A stretch of DNA of 61,726 nt, filler included, from Nemertoderma westbladi (lineage: Eukaryota; Animalia; Xenacoelomorpha): the NCBI GenBank assembly GCA_032718475.1. It is 4 parts of 4 records of this genome, joined end to end, with 100 filler letters (N's around TTAATTAATTAA, not from the genome) between each part and the next. Parts side by side here need not be neighbours in the genome. Positions count along the whole stretch, not along the records: positions 39,215 to 58,297 come from JAUCBJ010002896.1; positions 58,398 to 61,726 come from JAUCBJ010008168.1; 2 more parts are not named here. The stretch is one strand, 5' to 3'. Positions within the stretch are counted from its first letter, which is position 1. Every line of letters starts with the position of its first letter. Shown here piece by piece: positions 50,147 to 61,726 of the stretch. Made by a program: the position numbers and the translations under genes. Under the pieces are notes generated by a model. It was not told where the DNA came from. It saw only the letters and a program-made list of their open reading frames with translations, and searched no databases.

Positions 50147-51414
50147 CTACCTATCTTTTTAATTATTTTTAAGTTCATCAGCCTCAGCCCCCCATTTTGT
50201 ATTTTAATCATATTTTAGTTAATCAATGCCACCACCACTTAAACATCTCACCGCCACAACCATAACCTACTTGAATTTTAATCATTTTTTAGATCGTCAC
50301 TATCAACGCCCATTTCTAAATTTTTTAAATATGTCAATCCCTCTGCCTCATTCCACCTGTATTTTAATCGTTCACCAATCAGCCAATCCGTTCTGTTTGT
50401 ATTTTAAATAATATTCATCGCCCACTGTATTTTGAATTTCACTGGGACCCTTATGGAAACGCGGTTCACCGCATATGGCTATGCCTCCATTTTAACGTTT
50501 GCAATTGGTACAGCTCATTAAGACTATTTTTAAACTTTTAAATAGGTAATCATAAATCGTGCTGATTAGACAAGCCCGATATCATAGACGTTCACTACAC
50601 AACTACACTATTTTCAGTTACATTTTTATTTACTTTCAGTTTTATCAGTAGGCCCTACCTATTACTTAATTAATTAAATACAGTAGTAACTGCACGTACA
50701 CTATACACTATTATATATTATTTACCAGTTCCTTATTTTAGTGTTTAATATGTAAATTGTTTAATATTGTTAATCTGTTAATCCGAAAAAAAAATATCAA
50801 TCGATCAATCAATCAAACACACTACAGTCTAGCATGGTAGCATACCGTATTGGTATGGCACTGTACAGCCTGTAGCTGATCCTGATAGCAGTACAGTGAT
50901 GTAGGCCTACACACACTACTGCACTACAGTCTAGCATACCGTATTTGGTATTCAGGTATTGGCAGATTGGTATGGCACTGTAGCTGATAGCAGTAGTGCA
51001 GTGATGTAGGCCTACACACACTGCAGTTTAGTATCTTGCTGTAGATAAAGACAGATAAGTCTGTAAGTGTTGCCACAAATTAATTACAGAATTAGGTCTA
51101 GTCTGAAGTCCATGACCTAAGTTTTAGGCCCGTACAGCCGTAGGCCCTTCCCCCAGTCCCCTTCCCTTATGCCTTAGTTACAAAAAGATTTTGGTTTGCG
51201 GGCTAGGCCTATGCTAAAGGCTGGTAATAGTTTACAACCAGTGACTGTAGGCCTACCTGCCTACTGCATTGTCTTTGTAATGGCTCATTCAATACAGTTC
51301 ATTCAAACAGTCTAATGTCTGAATGTTAACATATTATATTGGTTTTATATTGATCACATTAGCTTACAGCATTAAATTATAAATTTGTCGCTTTTAAAAC
51401 ACTGCAAAAACAGC

Positions 51415-51510
51415 GTTGCCTGGTCCAGGGATCGAACCAGGGCCTCCTACGTGGAAGCCTCCTAAGGTCTGAAGATATTCACCACTAGCTGACTAGACCA
51501 TGAGACAGTG
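51415..51510 (-). mobile_element. tRNA-derived SINE remnant
   Basis: Minus-strand B box GGTTCGATCC. Confidence 0.45.
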
Positions 51511-51639
51511 AGACTGCTTAAAAATGACAATTAGTTGCGGTAAATTGCGGTAAGTTGTAAGTTGCGGTAAATTGCGGTTAGTCTGTTAGTTGCGGTAAAT
51601 CAGTAAATTGAGGTTTTTAGTAGGACCCGAGAAAAGCTA

Positions 51640-53802
51640 GGATCCCAACTGCAGCTGAATATAACATAATACTGTAATATCTGTAATACTGTACGGTAAT
51701 ATTGCGATTGGAGAAGAAGGTGGATGTGTGTAGGAAACTCCACAAGGGAATGAATAGACGTTCTGCTCCTCAAATAAAAAAGGAGGAAGAATTTGTAGAG
51801 GACAGGAGGAGTTAGATTCTCTATTTGATATTGCCCATGCAGCCATGCAGTGCAGATGCCCTGAGTCAGATTACTATACCGGTACCCAGGTACCAGAAGA
51901 CCGATTATTCTTAACAGCCCAGCTTTCTAAAGGCAGACCTGGTGGTATGGTTGGGATTGATACGGTTTTGGCTCAGAAGGAAGACCGCATTAAACAACGT
52001 CAGGTAAAGATCCAGGGGAGATATGTTGCTGAGTCTGAAGCCAAATTGAAACGAATTGAAACTGTTCAGCTTGAGAGTGAGAGTGACTGAGTGATCTCAG
52101 TTCTAATGATTCTGACAAAAAGCAGGCCTCATTGTCAGCAGCATTAACATCAACGGGTCCGACGAATTTGTACAAAAAAATACAAAATAGTACAATATAG
52201 TACAAAAGAATATAAAAGAGTACAATAAAGTGCAAAAATAGTACAAAAGAGTGCAAAAATAGTACAAAAGAATACAAACGAGTGAGAAACGCTTGCAAAA
52301 CGTGTATCCAAGTGTAGTTCAAATCGTTTAGAGGGGCGCACATGATGTGCAAAATAAAACAAAGCATTGTCTGATTGTGGGGCGAGCCATGCATTGCTGC
52401 ATTGAGCGAAGGCTGATCTAGCAGTCAGAGAGTAGGCCCCTATCTGCCTATTACAATACAATCTTATGAGTTTTAATGCAGCCTTTTGTGTTCAAAAAAC
52501 ACAAAAAACGGTCCCAAGCCCACAAAATTGCAGAGGGAGAACTCAATAAAGTTGCAGATAGAGGCGTACATACAGACATACATAGCCTACATAATGTACA
52601 GTAGCATACAGTCTATCCTTCAGTATATGGCATATGGGCTACTTTAAGACTATGACCTAAATTTTGAGTCTCAGTTATAGGAGTTTTATCTACCCACAGA
52701 CCCACTGCATAGTATTGCATTATATTGTACTATACGAACTGTAGCCTATTTCTACTTGTACAGTTGTAAGCCAGTCAAAATCTACATGAATCAAAGTTCT
52801 GTCAATCATTTCATACTGACCACAGAACCAAGGCCGCTAGTGATTGACACTGTAGCGGCGCATATTTCGTTCCCGTTGCATTTGCTTACAATTAATTATA
52901 TTTATATATACAAGTGTAGTGTAGTCACCCCTGGTAGTGTAGACTACACTGGTATACACGTTTTGTATGCGTTTCTCACTCGTTTGTACTTTTTTGTACT
53001 ATTTTTGCACTCTTTTGTACTATTTTTGCACTTTATTGTACTCTTTTGTACTATAGGCAGATAGGCCTATTGTACTATTTTGTACTTTTTTGTACAGATT
53101 CGTCGGACCGACATCAACTCCTAAACGTCGGCTGTGTTGGTAAGCAAACAGTGAAGAACATTGTAACTCCAGATGTTGCTGAAGCACTTGATCGCAACAA
53201 ACTAACTGACCGCAAAGCAGTATATCTGTATATGTTATAGCAGCTACTACTTCCTCCATTGGTGATGCTGTTAGCAACTTCAACATTAATCGATCATCTA
53301 TAGGCCTAAAACGTCATCGAGAGAAGCAACGTATTAGGCGAACTGCTATGCTTTAAGAAGATATGAAGGGATCCAAGGCGATGACTGTTCATTGGGATGG
53401 TAAATTAATGAATGACCTCACTGGAAATGATGAGGTTGATCGGTTACCCATACTCACCTCGGAGGCAACACATCGCAGTTGCTTGCTATTCCCAAGACGA
53501 CGCAAGTTGGTGTAGATCATGGCAAAGCAGTTGTTGACACCCTACAGCCCTAAGGGACTGGAATATTCAGGATCGTATTGCAGCAATGTGTTTTGACACA
53601 ACTTCAGTCAATACTGGTCGTTTGTCCGGTGCCTGTGTCATGTGTTACAATTGAACACTTACTAGGTAGAACCCTTCTACACTTTGCATGTCGTCATCAT
53701 ATTGCAGAAATTATACTTGGAGCAGTTTATGTTGAATGTATGGGTTCAACTTCTGGACCAGATGTGTTATTGTTTAAACGCTTTAAAGACAAGTTCAACT
53801 AA
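51640..53802 (+). pseudogene. Degenerate hAT-like (hATm-type) transposase
   Basis: LFDIA..CRCP; TPDVAEALDRNKLTDRKA; VHWDGKL..VDRLPI; CFDTTSVNTG; LLHFACRHHIAEIILGAV; many stops and frameshifts. Confidence 0.7.
52155..53110. mobile_element. Non-autonomous TIR element inserted in the transposase remnant
   Basis: ~165-bp TIRs GGGTCCGACGAATTTGTAC...; 8-bp TSD ACATCAAC at 52147-52154 and 53111-53118. Confidence 0.88.
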
Positions 53803-55353
53803 CACAGTGTCGTCATAAGCAGATATATATATATAAGGGCAGAAGGATGAATGGGCTGGGAGACAGTTCAGCAGTTATAAGATACAAGGAGTATTTAATT
53901 AATTTAATTTAATTTATTTAATATATGAGGAATATTTAATTTATTTAAGGAGCTTATTTAGGGACTTTTAGTACCGGTATTTAGGCCTTTGTGTACAATT
54001 TCGATGTAAATATAAATAAGGTAAATTTAAAAAATTCCTCTTATTTAGGAACTGGTCGTATTTTTGATGCAATTCTGTTTTTTTGCATTATGTTCAAGAA
54101 AGAACCAACTTTTATATTGTGAAATAAAATTATGGGGTATTTTTTCCTGAAACAAGTTCTTACATATTATGTCGAAAAAATATCCAAAAAAGGCCCAAAA
54201 ACCCCTAAATATATAAAAGCCATTTTCCTTAAATAAGAACCCAGTTTTGGAGATGTTGTTAAAAATGTATTATACTTGTGACCTCCTACATAGTCGAGTC
54301 ATGTAATTTAAAGATATAATTACTATATTATTGTGTTAAGTGTTAAATTGTGTATTGTTTTATTGCCATGATTCTGTTTTAGTTTTTAGTCTACCTGCCA
54401 ACTCCCGAAAATTAAGTTTAGATGGCATTTTTTGTTAATGCTAATGGTTAGCATCCACCTGATTTTTGTACTTCAAGACATGGCGAATCCAGCTAGGCCG
54501 GATGCCACCTCTGCATTTTTAATTTAATGCCTTTTTTGGGCTTCAAAGTTTTTTGCTCAAAAATGATTTTTTTTAGGATACAAGTTCATGGTGAATGCTA
54601 GTGAATCTCGTCTCATAACCAGTGTTTAAATTGAAAGTTAATCAAAATGCATCAATGTTGTCCTGAAACTGTTATGAACACTTTGGTAAAGAAGAAAATT
54701 TCCGAAATTCCCTTGCAGTCCGCCAACCCGGCCCTAGTAACCGCCTTAGCAACAGATTTATGAAATTTAAATTGTCAATTTCTTTGTCTCACCTTTCTTT
54801 TTCCTGAGAAAATCAATAAACAGTTTTAAAATCAAAAAACCCATCACACAACTTATATGACATCTTGGGAACACATCAAGGGCAATATAAAATCAAATGG
54901 CGTCCAATGTCGCAGACACAGGCCCAATATTTGGACCAGAGTAATTTTCACAAGTATCAAAATATTGAGTTTAAGTGGAGAGTTCGTGTACATATAGACT
55001 GAACTATTTGCTTCCATATTTGTAATTTTTTTAAATTACCACTACAGCTCAGTAGCATGGTGATACTTCCCGTCATATTGTGCACATTTAGGTGACATTT
55101 ACAGACCACGTTACCATAGCAACAGACCAAATAAGACAATTTAATAAGAATTTAATTTACAGTATAACTATAATGTAGTTTTCCCTAGGCCTACCTTACC
55201 AGAGTTTGAGAGATTAAATGTCACACACGTCGCATAGCCATAACCTTCGACTGTTAGTCAACATCCTATCTTGACTTGGGGGAATATTGTTTAATATAAA
55301 TATGAATTTTAAAGTATCTCATGCGTTCATTGAGGAGACCTACAGTTAATAGT

Positions 55354-55768
55354 TATCAATGGGGGGGGGGGGGGGGGGGGGGGGGGGAGACTGATCTATT
55401 ATCGAATGACCGAGAGAAAATTTAGTTGCCAATATTCCAGCCACTATATTATAGATTGCAAAACAAACAATAATATAAATACAGGCCTTCATCAGGGCAT
55501 ACGGAGATTACTCACAAATACATATGTAAAAAACTAGACTACTGTCAACCAGCTACCGGTACGGTACTACTTACTACAATACTACTGCTACTGTCTGACT
55601 GCACCACTCATTTTTTTTTTAATACGCAGTCGTTGGCAGGTATGTAGGAAGTCCTGTATTTATATTATTGTTTGTTTTGAAATCTATAATATAGTGGTGA
55701 AATATTGGCAACTAAATTTTCTCTCGGTCATTCGATAATAGATCAGTCTCAACCTCCCCCCATTGATA
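55354..55768. mobile_element. MITE with long TIRs
   Basis: GAGACTGATCTATTATCGAATGACCGAGAGAAAATTTAGTTGCC... is inverted at 55653-55768; TA at both ends. Confidence 0.8.
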
Positions 55769-56394
55769 TGTTTCCACCGGTGACCCGGGCACCTAAGTTC
55801 ATCTATAAGTTAATAGTTAACTCACTCTAAATTCTGATAAGATATTAGTTTTGCAACAGGCAGGTACATCACACCATGCACCATCGAGACAGGGGTTGAG
55901 CGGGGGAGGGGGCACAAATCCCATTTCGGTTTTTATTTTGTTTTTATTTCAATTATTTTTTCTCAATGTTAAATTATCAATTTAGGGAAAGGACCAGTTT
56001 ACAATGGCACGTTATTCCAACCAAAACAATAAACGAATCTCAATAGAACAGATTGAAGTTTAATTTTGAGAGTAATCGGGTGTTATTTGCATCGATTTTC
56101 CCCTGGCAGCCTGGAGAGGGATCAATTTTGATTGCGTTGAAAGACCCCCCCCCCCCCCCCCCTCTCTGGCACCCTAAATATCGACCTACCTAACAGTAAT
56201 GTTTCTTTCACTTTGAGATTGATTTTCACTATCACTTGCATCTGCCTATTATTATTATGACTTGATGGAAATGGATGGTGACGAACATATTCCTACTATT
56301 AAAAGGAAAACTTGCCCGAATGTGGTTTGTGAAGAGACATACATAGTATATGGAGCAAAGAAAGATGAGCCATTAAGAATTGCTTCAGTTGACG

Positions 56395-57475
56395 GCAAGT
56401 TAAAGTTGCACTGGCTAATAATGCTAATAATTGCTAATAATGCACTGGCTGTTCCTCACAGTGAAAGCAATGTCCTGCAAGGCTGGGGCGGTTCCGTTCA
56501 AGTGGCAAGCTAGAGGAGACTGATGAAACAGCTCCAATGTTGTATAGAGTCTGGTTGGAGATGTGTTCGTTGTACATAACACAATGAACCTGGCGCAGCA
56601 TTCTTGAGAAGGTGCCATCCAGAGATTTGGTATCCTCTGCAGTTAGAGCCCAGCGTGGACTCCCGTGGAACTACTGCTGCCAGAAATAATCGAACCTTGA
56701 GGTACCGTTTTATTATGTGGGACTTACAAATCCTGGATAGTCTATTCAATGCAGCCCATGCCTCCCCCTTATGCATCCGAAGGTCCTCACCTGAGTTTCT
56801 GATCCATGATCCCAAGTAGCAGAAGTCATCCACGTGCTCAAGCAAGCCATTCCTGGAGCTTATTCCCTTACGATCAGATATTTCTTGAGGGCTGTCAAGT
56901 TTCACTGTCATAATATTTGTCTTCTTGGAATATACAAAAACACAAACACTAGAAGCAACTTCGTCCAATGAGCAGAGAAGCCTTTGGGCTCCCTCTAGTG
57001 ATTCTGACAGTACCCCTAAGTCATCAGCAAAGTCTAGATCAGTTAGGTACTTTGCTGGATTTCGTCCACTTATTGTGCCAGTAGGGGGTACCATCATCCC
57101 ATTTTAATAATTTTAATTTCTATGGTCTAAGGACATGCGTAGAACACAATCAACCACAATTAAGAATTAGAATGGTGCAAGTGTGTAACCCTGAAGGATT
57201 CCGCATAAGAGTTCGAATGGATCTGTGTCACCACCAGCAGTAGATGCAACAACAAAGATAATAGCCAGATGTATGTCTTTCTTTGTTGATAACTCTTTGA
57301 TTATCCTTCTAAGTGCCAGAATAGACTTCATGTCCCACGACCTTTATGGAACCCATTTTGGTTCTCACAGAATTCCTGATGCGATTTAATAGAATTCTGT
57401 TGTATTGCTTTGCAGCAATCGAGATTAACGAGTTTCTACGAAAAGCTTTATAGGTTGTTAGGTTGCCCTTTTTTG
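56395..57475 (-). mobile_element. Degenerate RTE-clade LINE fragment
   Basis: LTDLDFADDL, DFCYLGSWI, RYLKVRLF; frameshifted. Confidence 0.85.
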
Positions 57476-57519
57476 GTGCATGGACCAACTTATATATTTG
57501 TGGCGGTGAAATCGAAAAT

Positions 57520-58296
57520 GGTACCTTAAGGTGAAAATGACGTTTTGAGAAAATCGTATTTAAAGAAAAATTAAATTTTCAAGTCAAAATTTTCAATTTT
57601 TTTATTTTCAATGTGATATATGCAGTTTTTAATGAGGAATCCAAATCTGTTAACGGTATGTTAACAGCTAGCTTAGTTTTGGAGATAGTCAGCTTTGATT
57701 GAGGGTAGTCAGAAGTTTTGAAATTTAAATTTCATTCCCGATAGATATTATGTTGTTCTATGTAGATTTACTCTTATAAATTAATTTATATGCCTTATTA
57801 TTCCAATAGAAAACTATCTTCCAGTTATTTTCAATATGTTTGCTTGTCAATCGGTCTCTTAGTTGTTCATGTACTGCTCGGAGTCCCAGACTAGATAAAA
57901 ACCCAGCATAGTTGTTCACGTGCTGCTCGAAGTCCTGGCTAGAAAAAAAAGGCCGCATAGTTGTTCATTAGTTTGCTAATGCACATTCCTGTTACACATT
58001 TTGCCCCTCAAGCCTCAACATCACAACACAACCCCCGCCCCACTCCAATTTAGCAAACTCACTTTCAAGATATTTTGTAAGTAATCCCTACGACTATTAA
58101 AATACAACAAAAACTTTAAACGCGATTTACTCATAATAGTATATTTTCCATCTGGTTGTCTTGCCAATACTTAAATTCTAATAACTCTTGATGTACTCAT
58201 CCAATCAGGATGATTTATAGCTCATTAGAGAGCTGAGATGTTGGCCAATCACATGCAATATCTAACTCAAAAACCTCATTTTCACCTTAAGGTACC
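57520..58296. mobile_element. TIR element, possibly a Merlin-like MITE
   Basis: TIRs GGTACCTTAAGGTGAAAATGA / TCATTTTCACCTTAAGGTACC; the right flank is lost in the gap, so no TSD can be checked. Confidence 0.6.
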
Positions 58297-58297
58297 T

Positions 58298-58397
58298 NNN
58301 NNNNNNNNNNNNNNNNNNNNNNNNNNNNNNNNNNNNNNNNNTTAATTAATTAANNNNNNNNNNNNNNNNNNNNNNNNNNNNNNNNNNNNNNNNNNNN
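58298..58397. other. Artificial contig linker
   Basis: N run, TTAATTAATTAA, N run. Confidence 0.97.
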
Positions 58398-59205
58398 TTT
58401 GTGCTTTTCTGTTTTAGCCTAACACTAGTAGGCTTAATTATAAGGACATATATCCGTTATCACACTGAATCACTGTGCAACTCAACTAAACAAACCAAAT
58501 CTGCATGTACCATACACTGGTGCATACTTTATATTGTTATACTGCTATTTACTGTCGGTTCTTCATAATATGGTTGATGAATTATTATATTTGGAATAAC
58601 GATAAATAACCCCGAAACCCCAATATTCTTGATATACCGAAGGTAAGAGAGAAAGGTTACATATAACGATTGTGACTTATGTTAAAGTGGTTTGAAGTGA
58701 ATCTAATGTTATTTGATAGACCCTACATGAGTCGGTCCGTGTTCCTTTTATATGTGACTAAAATCAGTGAAGATCGGCAGATTAGTGTGCAGTATTGTGC
58801 AGCATTGTGTATGAGTGAGACTGATAACGAAGCATTTCCTAAAGAATGCGCCATATATGTGAATTGTAACTAAGCCATATCGTTGTGAGTAGTTTAAGTC
58901 ATAACTCTGTTTATATAGATAGAGCGCCACGTCCTAAAGGAACTGTTAATATTTCCCGAAGGTGAATAATATTGTCAGAGATTATATAATACTGTCAGTC
59001 GAATAATACATTAGGCTTACATAGCAATAAGATTAAGCCGTCGAACCCAATCTCCCGGGTATATCCAGCGGGTGAATGATCGCGCACAGATTGGTTTCGA
59101 CTAGTGTAGTGAATCAAATACTTGTCATAGGCTAAAGGCGAATTATTATCTAGAAGACATCCTAATTTGGCGGGTTAAACTGCCAAAGGTCTGAAAGCGC
59201 GAACA
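58398..59205 (+). mobile_element. Partial LTR of the long-LTR family
   Basis: Highly similar to 19790-20607; ends ...GAAAGCGCGAACA. Confidence 0.8.
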
Positions 59206-59640
59206 GCCGGGTGGGTATCTGCCAGTGAGTGTCGGGATGACTGTGCTGGAGAGTGTTTCCTCAACTCGATCCAAGTGACCGACTAACCCGGGTGTGGTGC
59301 GAGCCAAGAAGTTTACCTTCGGCTGTAAGCCACGGACCAGGCATCCGTACGCGGGGTGGGGAGCAGTCACTGCGAAATCGTTGAGGTGTTTTAGTTGGCG
59401 ACAGATGACATCAACTCGCTTCTCCAGATACCCAGCACAGTAGGATGTGGACCCTATTACGGACCCCAAGACTCGATGACCATCGACCACTTCAACAGGG
59501 AGGCCAGAAATGCCTTTGTGGGGTAATATCCATAGCCAGGCCCGATGGTAGCCGCTTCCTCCCAATAGTCACGTAGCATTCCGAGGTTACCAGCAGCGCT
59601 GCCATCATCCGCATACCACTTGTGGATACCCGGAAAGGTC
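59206..59640 (-). mobile_element. Non-LTR RT fragment, CRE-like, interrupted by the LTR
   Basis: KWYADDGSAAG..GPGYGYYP..GHRVLGSVIG..PHPAY..NFLARTTP. Confidence 0.65.
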
Positions 59641-60222
59641 ATCGGATCCGATGAAACCGCCTCTCGGTCTGGGTAAACCCCTGGTTGGGTGGAGGAGACC
59701 GCCGGTTGTAGGGGGGAAACCGCCGGTTGTGGTTGTAGGGGGGAACCTGCCTGTTGGAGGGGGCAACCCGCCTGTTGGAGGGGGGAACCCGCCTAGAATC
59801 TAGAATCATTATAATGCTAAATACTGTTGATATAACGAACTCATAAGATTTTAATATAAACCTTGTTCTTTTTACAGTATTGTACAGTATAACAGTATTT
59901 TTATAAACCAAATAGCTGTTCTAGAACAACTCAAAAAAAAACTATCTAAAACTAATTAGTATAAAAACTTTGGTGGGGGTAGTGCGCATACTGTACCAGT
60001 ACCAGTTTGTGTTTAAAATTCGAGATTAAATTTAATTTCTAGAACATTCATGTCATACCAACACTATATACTGTACGTATAATCGTAATATCTTCAAAAT
60101 TCGACCTAGCTTTTTTTGAGCTTTTTTCAAGCTTTTTTAGCTTTTTTCAAGCTTTTTTGAGCTTTTTTTCAAGATTTTTTTTGGAGCTTTTTTTTAAGCA
60201 TTTTTTTGAGCTTTATTCTATA

Positions 60223-60491
60223 CTAGCAGGCAATACCCGAGGCATGTTACCCGGTATTTCCCGCTACCGGCATAGACCTACTGGCGTACTGGTACCGGTA
60301 TAGGCCTACTGACGTACCGGTACCCAGTACCGGTACCGAACGTGAATTAAACTTTTCGAAAAGTGGCCTATAACGACCGCTGGTTAAAGTTATACACACA
60401 TGCCAAGTTCCAGCGCAATCCCTCTGCCCGTTTTGGAGGAGTTCGAACACAGAGAGAGAGAGAGAGAGAATTTGATTTTTATAGGTATAGA
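60223..60491 (-). mobile_element. Non-autonomous Helitron
   Basis: Minus strand A|TCTATACCTAT..(CT)n..CCGGGTAAC..CTCGGGTA..CTAG|T: TC start, CTAG end, inserted between A and T, no TSD. Confidence 0.7.
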
Positions 60492-60795
60492 TTTTAGATT
60501 TTAGTATTGGAAAATTCTAAGATTCATCTTGAAGCAATTAATTTCTAGAAATTGTTTTAACTAAAAAAAGCTTGAAAAAAGCTCAAAAAAAGCTGCGCGG
60601 AAACGGGCCTTAAAATATATTTTCGCAAGAAAAAGTTGGTCAAATTTTTTTTACATTTTTCAAATATGATTTTTTCACTACAGTAGCTAAATATAAAGTA
60701 CTAGCTAACACAAAATCAAAATTACTGCTTATTTTCTGCTTCAAAACAGCTAGTAAAAAAATCTGAATATGGGGGGACGGGCGGAACTACTACTA

Positions 60796-61677
60796 CTAGG
60801 TCGAGCGAACTCGGACAGTGGAAATGAGATCCTTCCAGGCTTCCCGATTCTCCATAGTTGTCGCAATTTCGTTTCTCCCAAGTTCAGTATCCCTTTCAAG
60901 TTGATCTATATATGTTATGGCAGGTCGTCCACGACTACGCTTTCCATGAGTTGGTTGCCAGAGAAGTAGATCTGGTATGACCTCGTCTTTACTTCGCCAG
61001 CAGTGCCCACTGAATCTTAATCTGCGTTCACGGAGGGTGGTTGATACAGGTGGTATTGTACCATAAAGCTCGGCGTTTGTCATGTGTTGTCTCCAGCTGA
61101 TGTTTAGGGCTGCCCTTAGTAGTCTTGTGTTGCAACCATCAATTCGTTGTTCAAGTGATTTAGTCAGTGTCCAGGTCTCACCCCCCGTATAAAAATACAC
61201 TTTCCACTGTGGCTCGAAAGAACTTGGTCTTCAGGTGCCTGGAGAGATCTGATTTCCAGATGGTATCCATTTTTGATAGAGCTACCCAAGCCTTTGCTTT
61301 CCTAACTTCTATGTCCTTTTTGCTACTCTCTACCCATGATCCAAGGTACTGGAAGTCATCGACCTGCCTTAGTTGATTATTATCAATGGTTGTCAAGTTT
61401 CCATCAACATTAAAGGTCATGAATTCGGTCTTGGTAGCTCATTTATATGTAATCCAACCTCCTTAGCAGCCCTCTCCACTTTATTTAGTAGAAGCTGTGC
61501 ATCTGCTAGCGTATTAGAGAGCAGGGCGATGTCATCCGCAAAGTCGGTGTCTGTGACTGTAGTTGCCGGATATCTACTACTTCTGCGTTCTTGAAGTGTG
61601 AATCCCAGATCTTCACCCTTTGTGGCCGTCCTCATTGCGTAATCCAGCACAATTACAAATAGTAATGGTGCTAATGT
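60796..61677 (-). mobile_element. RTE-clade LINE, RT through 3' end, frameshifted
   Basis: DTDFADDIALLS, FQYLGSW, FRATVESVFLYG, ETWTLTK, RLRFSGHCWR. Confidence 0.9.
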
Positions 61678-61726
61678 TGTACGCGCTTTTATAGACCTTC
61701 AGCAGTTTAACCTGCCGAAATTTATA
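61678..61726 (-). mobile_element. End of another long-LTR family copy, inserted into the RTE
   Basis: TGTACGCGCTTTTATAGACCTTCAGCAGTTTAACCTGCC matches 3527-3565. Confidence 0.75.

Overview
AT-rich, repeat-dense animal (probably invertebrate) genomic DNA. It is four contigs joined by artificial N44-TTAATTAATTAA-N44 linkers at 19627-19726, 39115-39214 and 58298-58397, so adjacency across the linkers is not biological. Host genes: two exons of a coiled-coil protein, an intronless C2H2 zinc-finger ORF and a two-exon POGLUT1/rumi. The rest is mostly nested mobile DNA: Gypsy, CR1, RTE and CRE-like retroelements, SINEs, a Helitron, hAT/MULE/Merlin/P-like MITEs and satellites. The most notable structure is a complete 9.8-kb IS3EU-type DNA transposon (24774-34580; TACGGTGGCTG termini, ~300-bp TIRs, 6-bp TSD CATTAA). 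It carries an intact DDE transposase facing a HECT E3 ubiquitin-ligase domain with intact catalytic motifs. A second, diverged HECT gene sits next to a related terminus (47928-50146), and a 198-bp MITE with the same termini lies at 35225-35422. Also notable: a long-LTR retroelement with a possible tRNA-independent self-priming site, and strongly over-represented TA-NNN(N)-TA motifs that look like transposon excision footprints. All family assignments come from motif recognition, not database searches.
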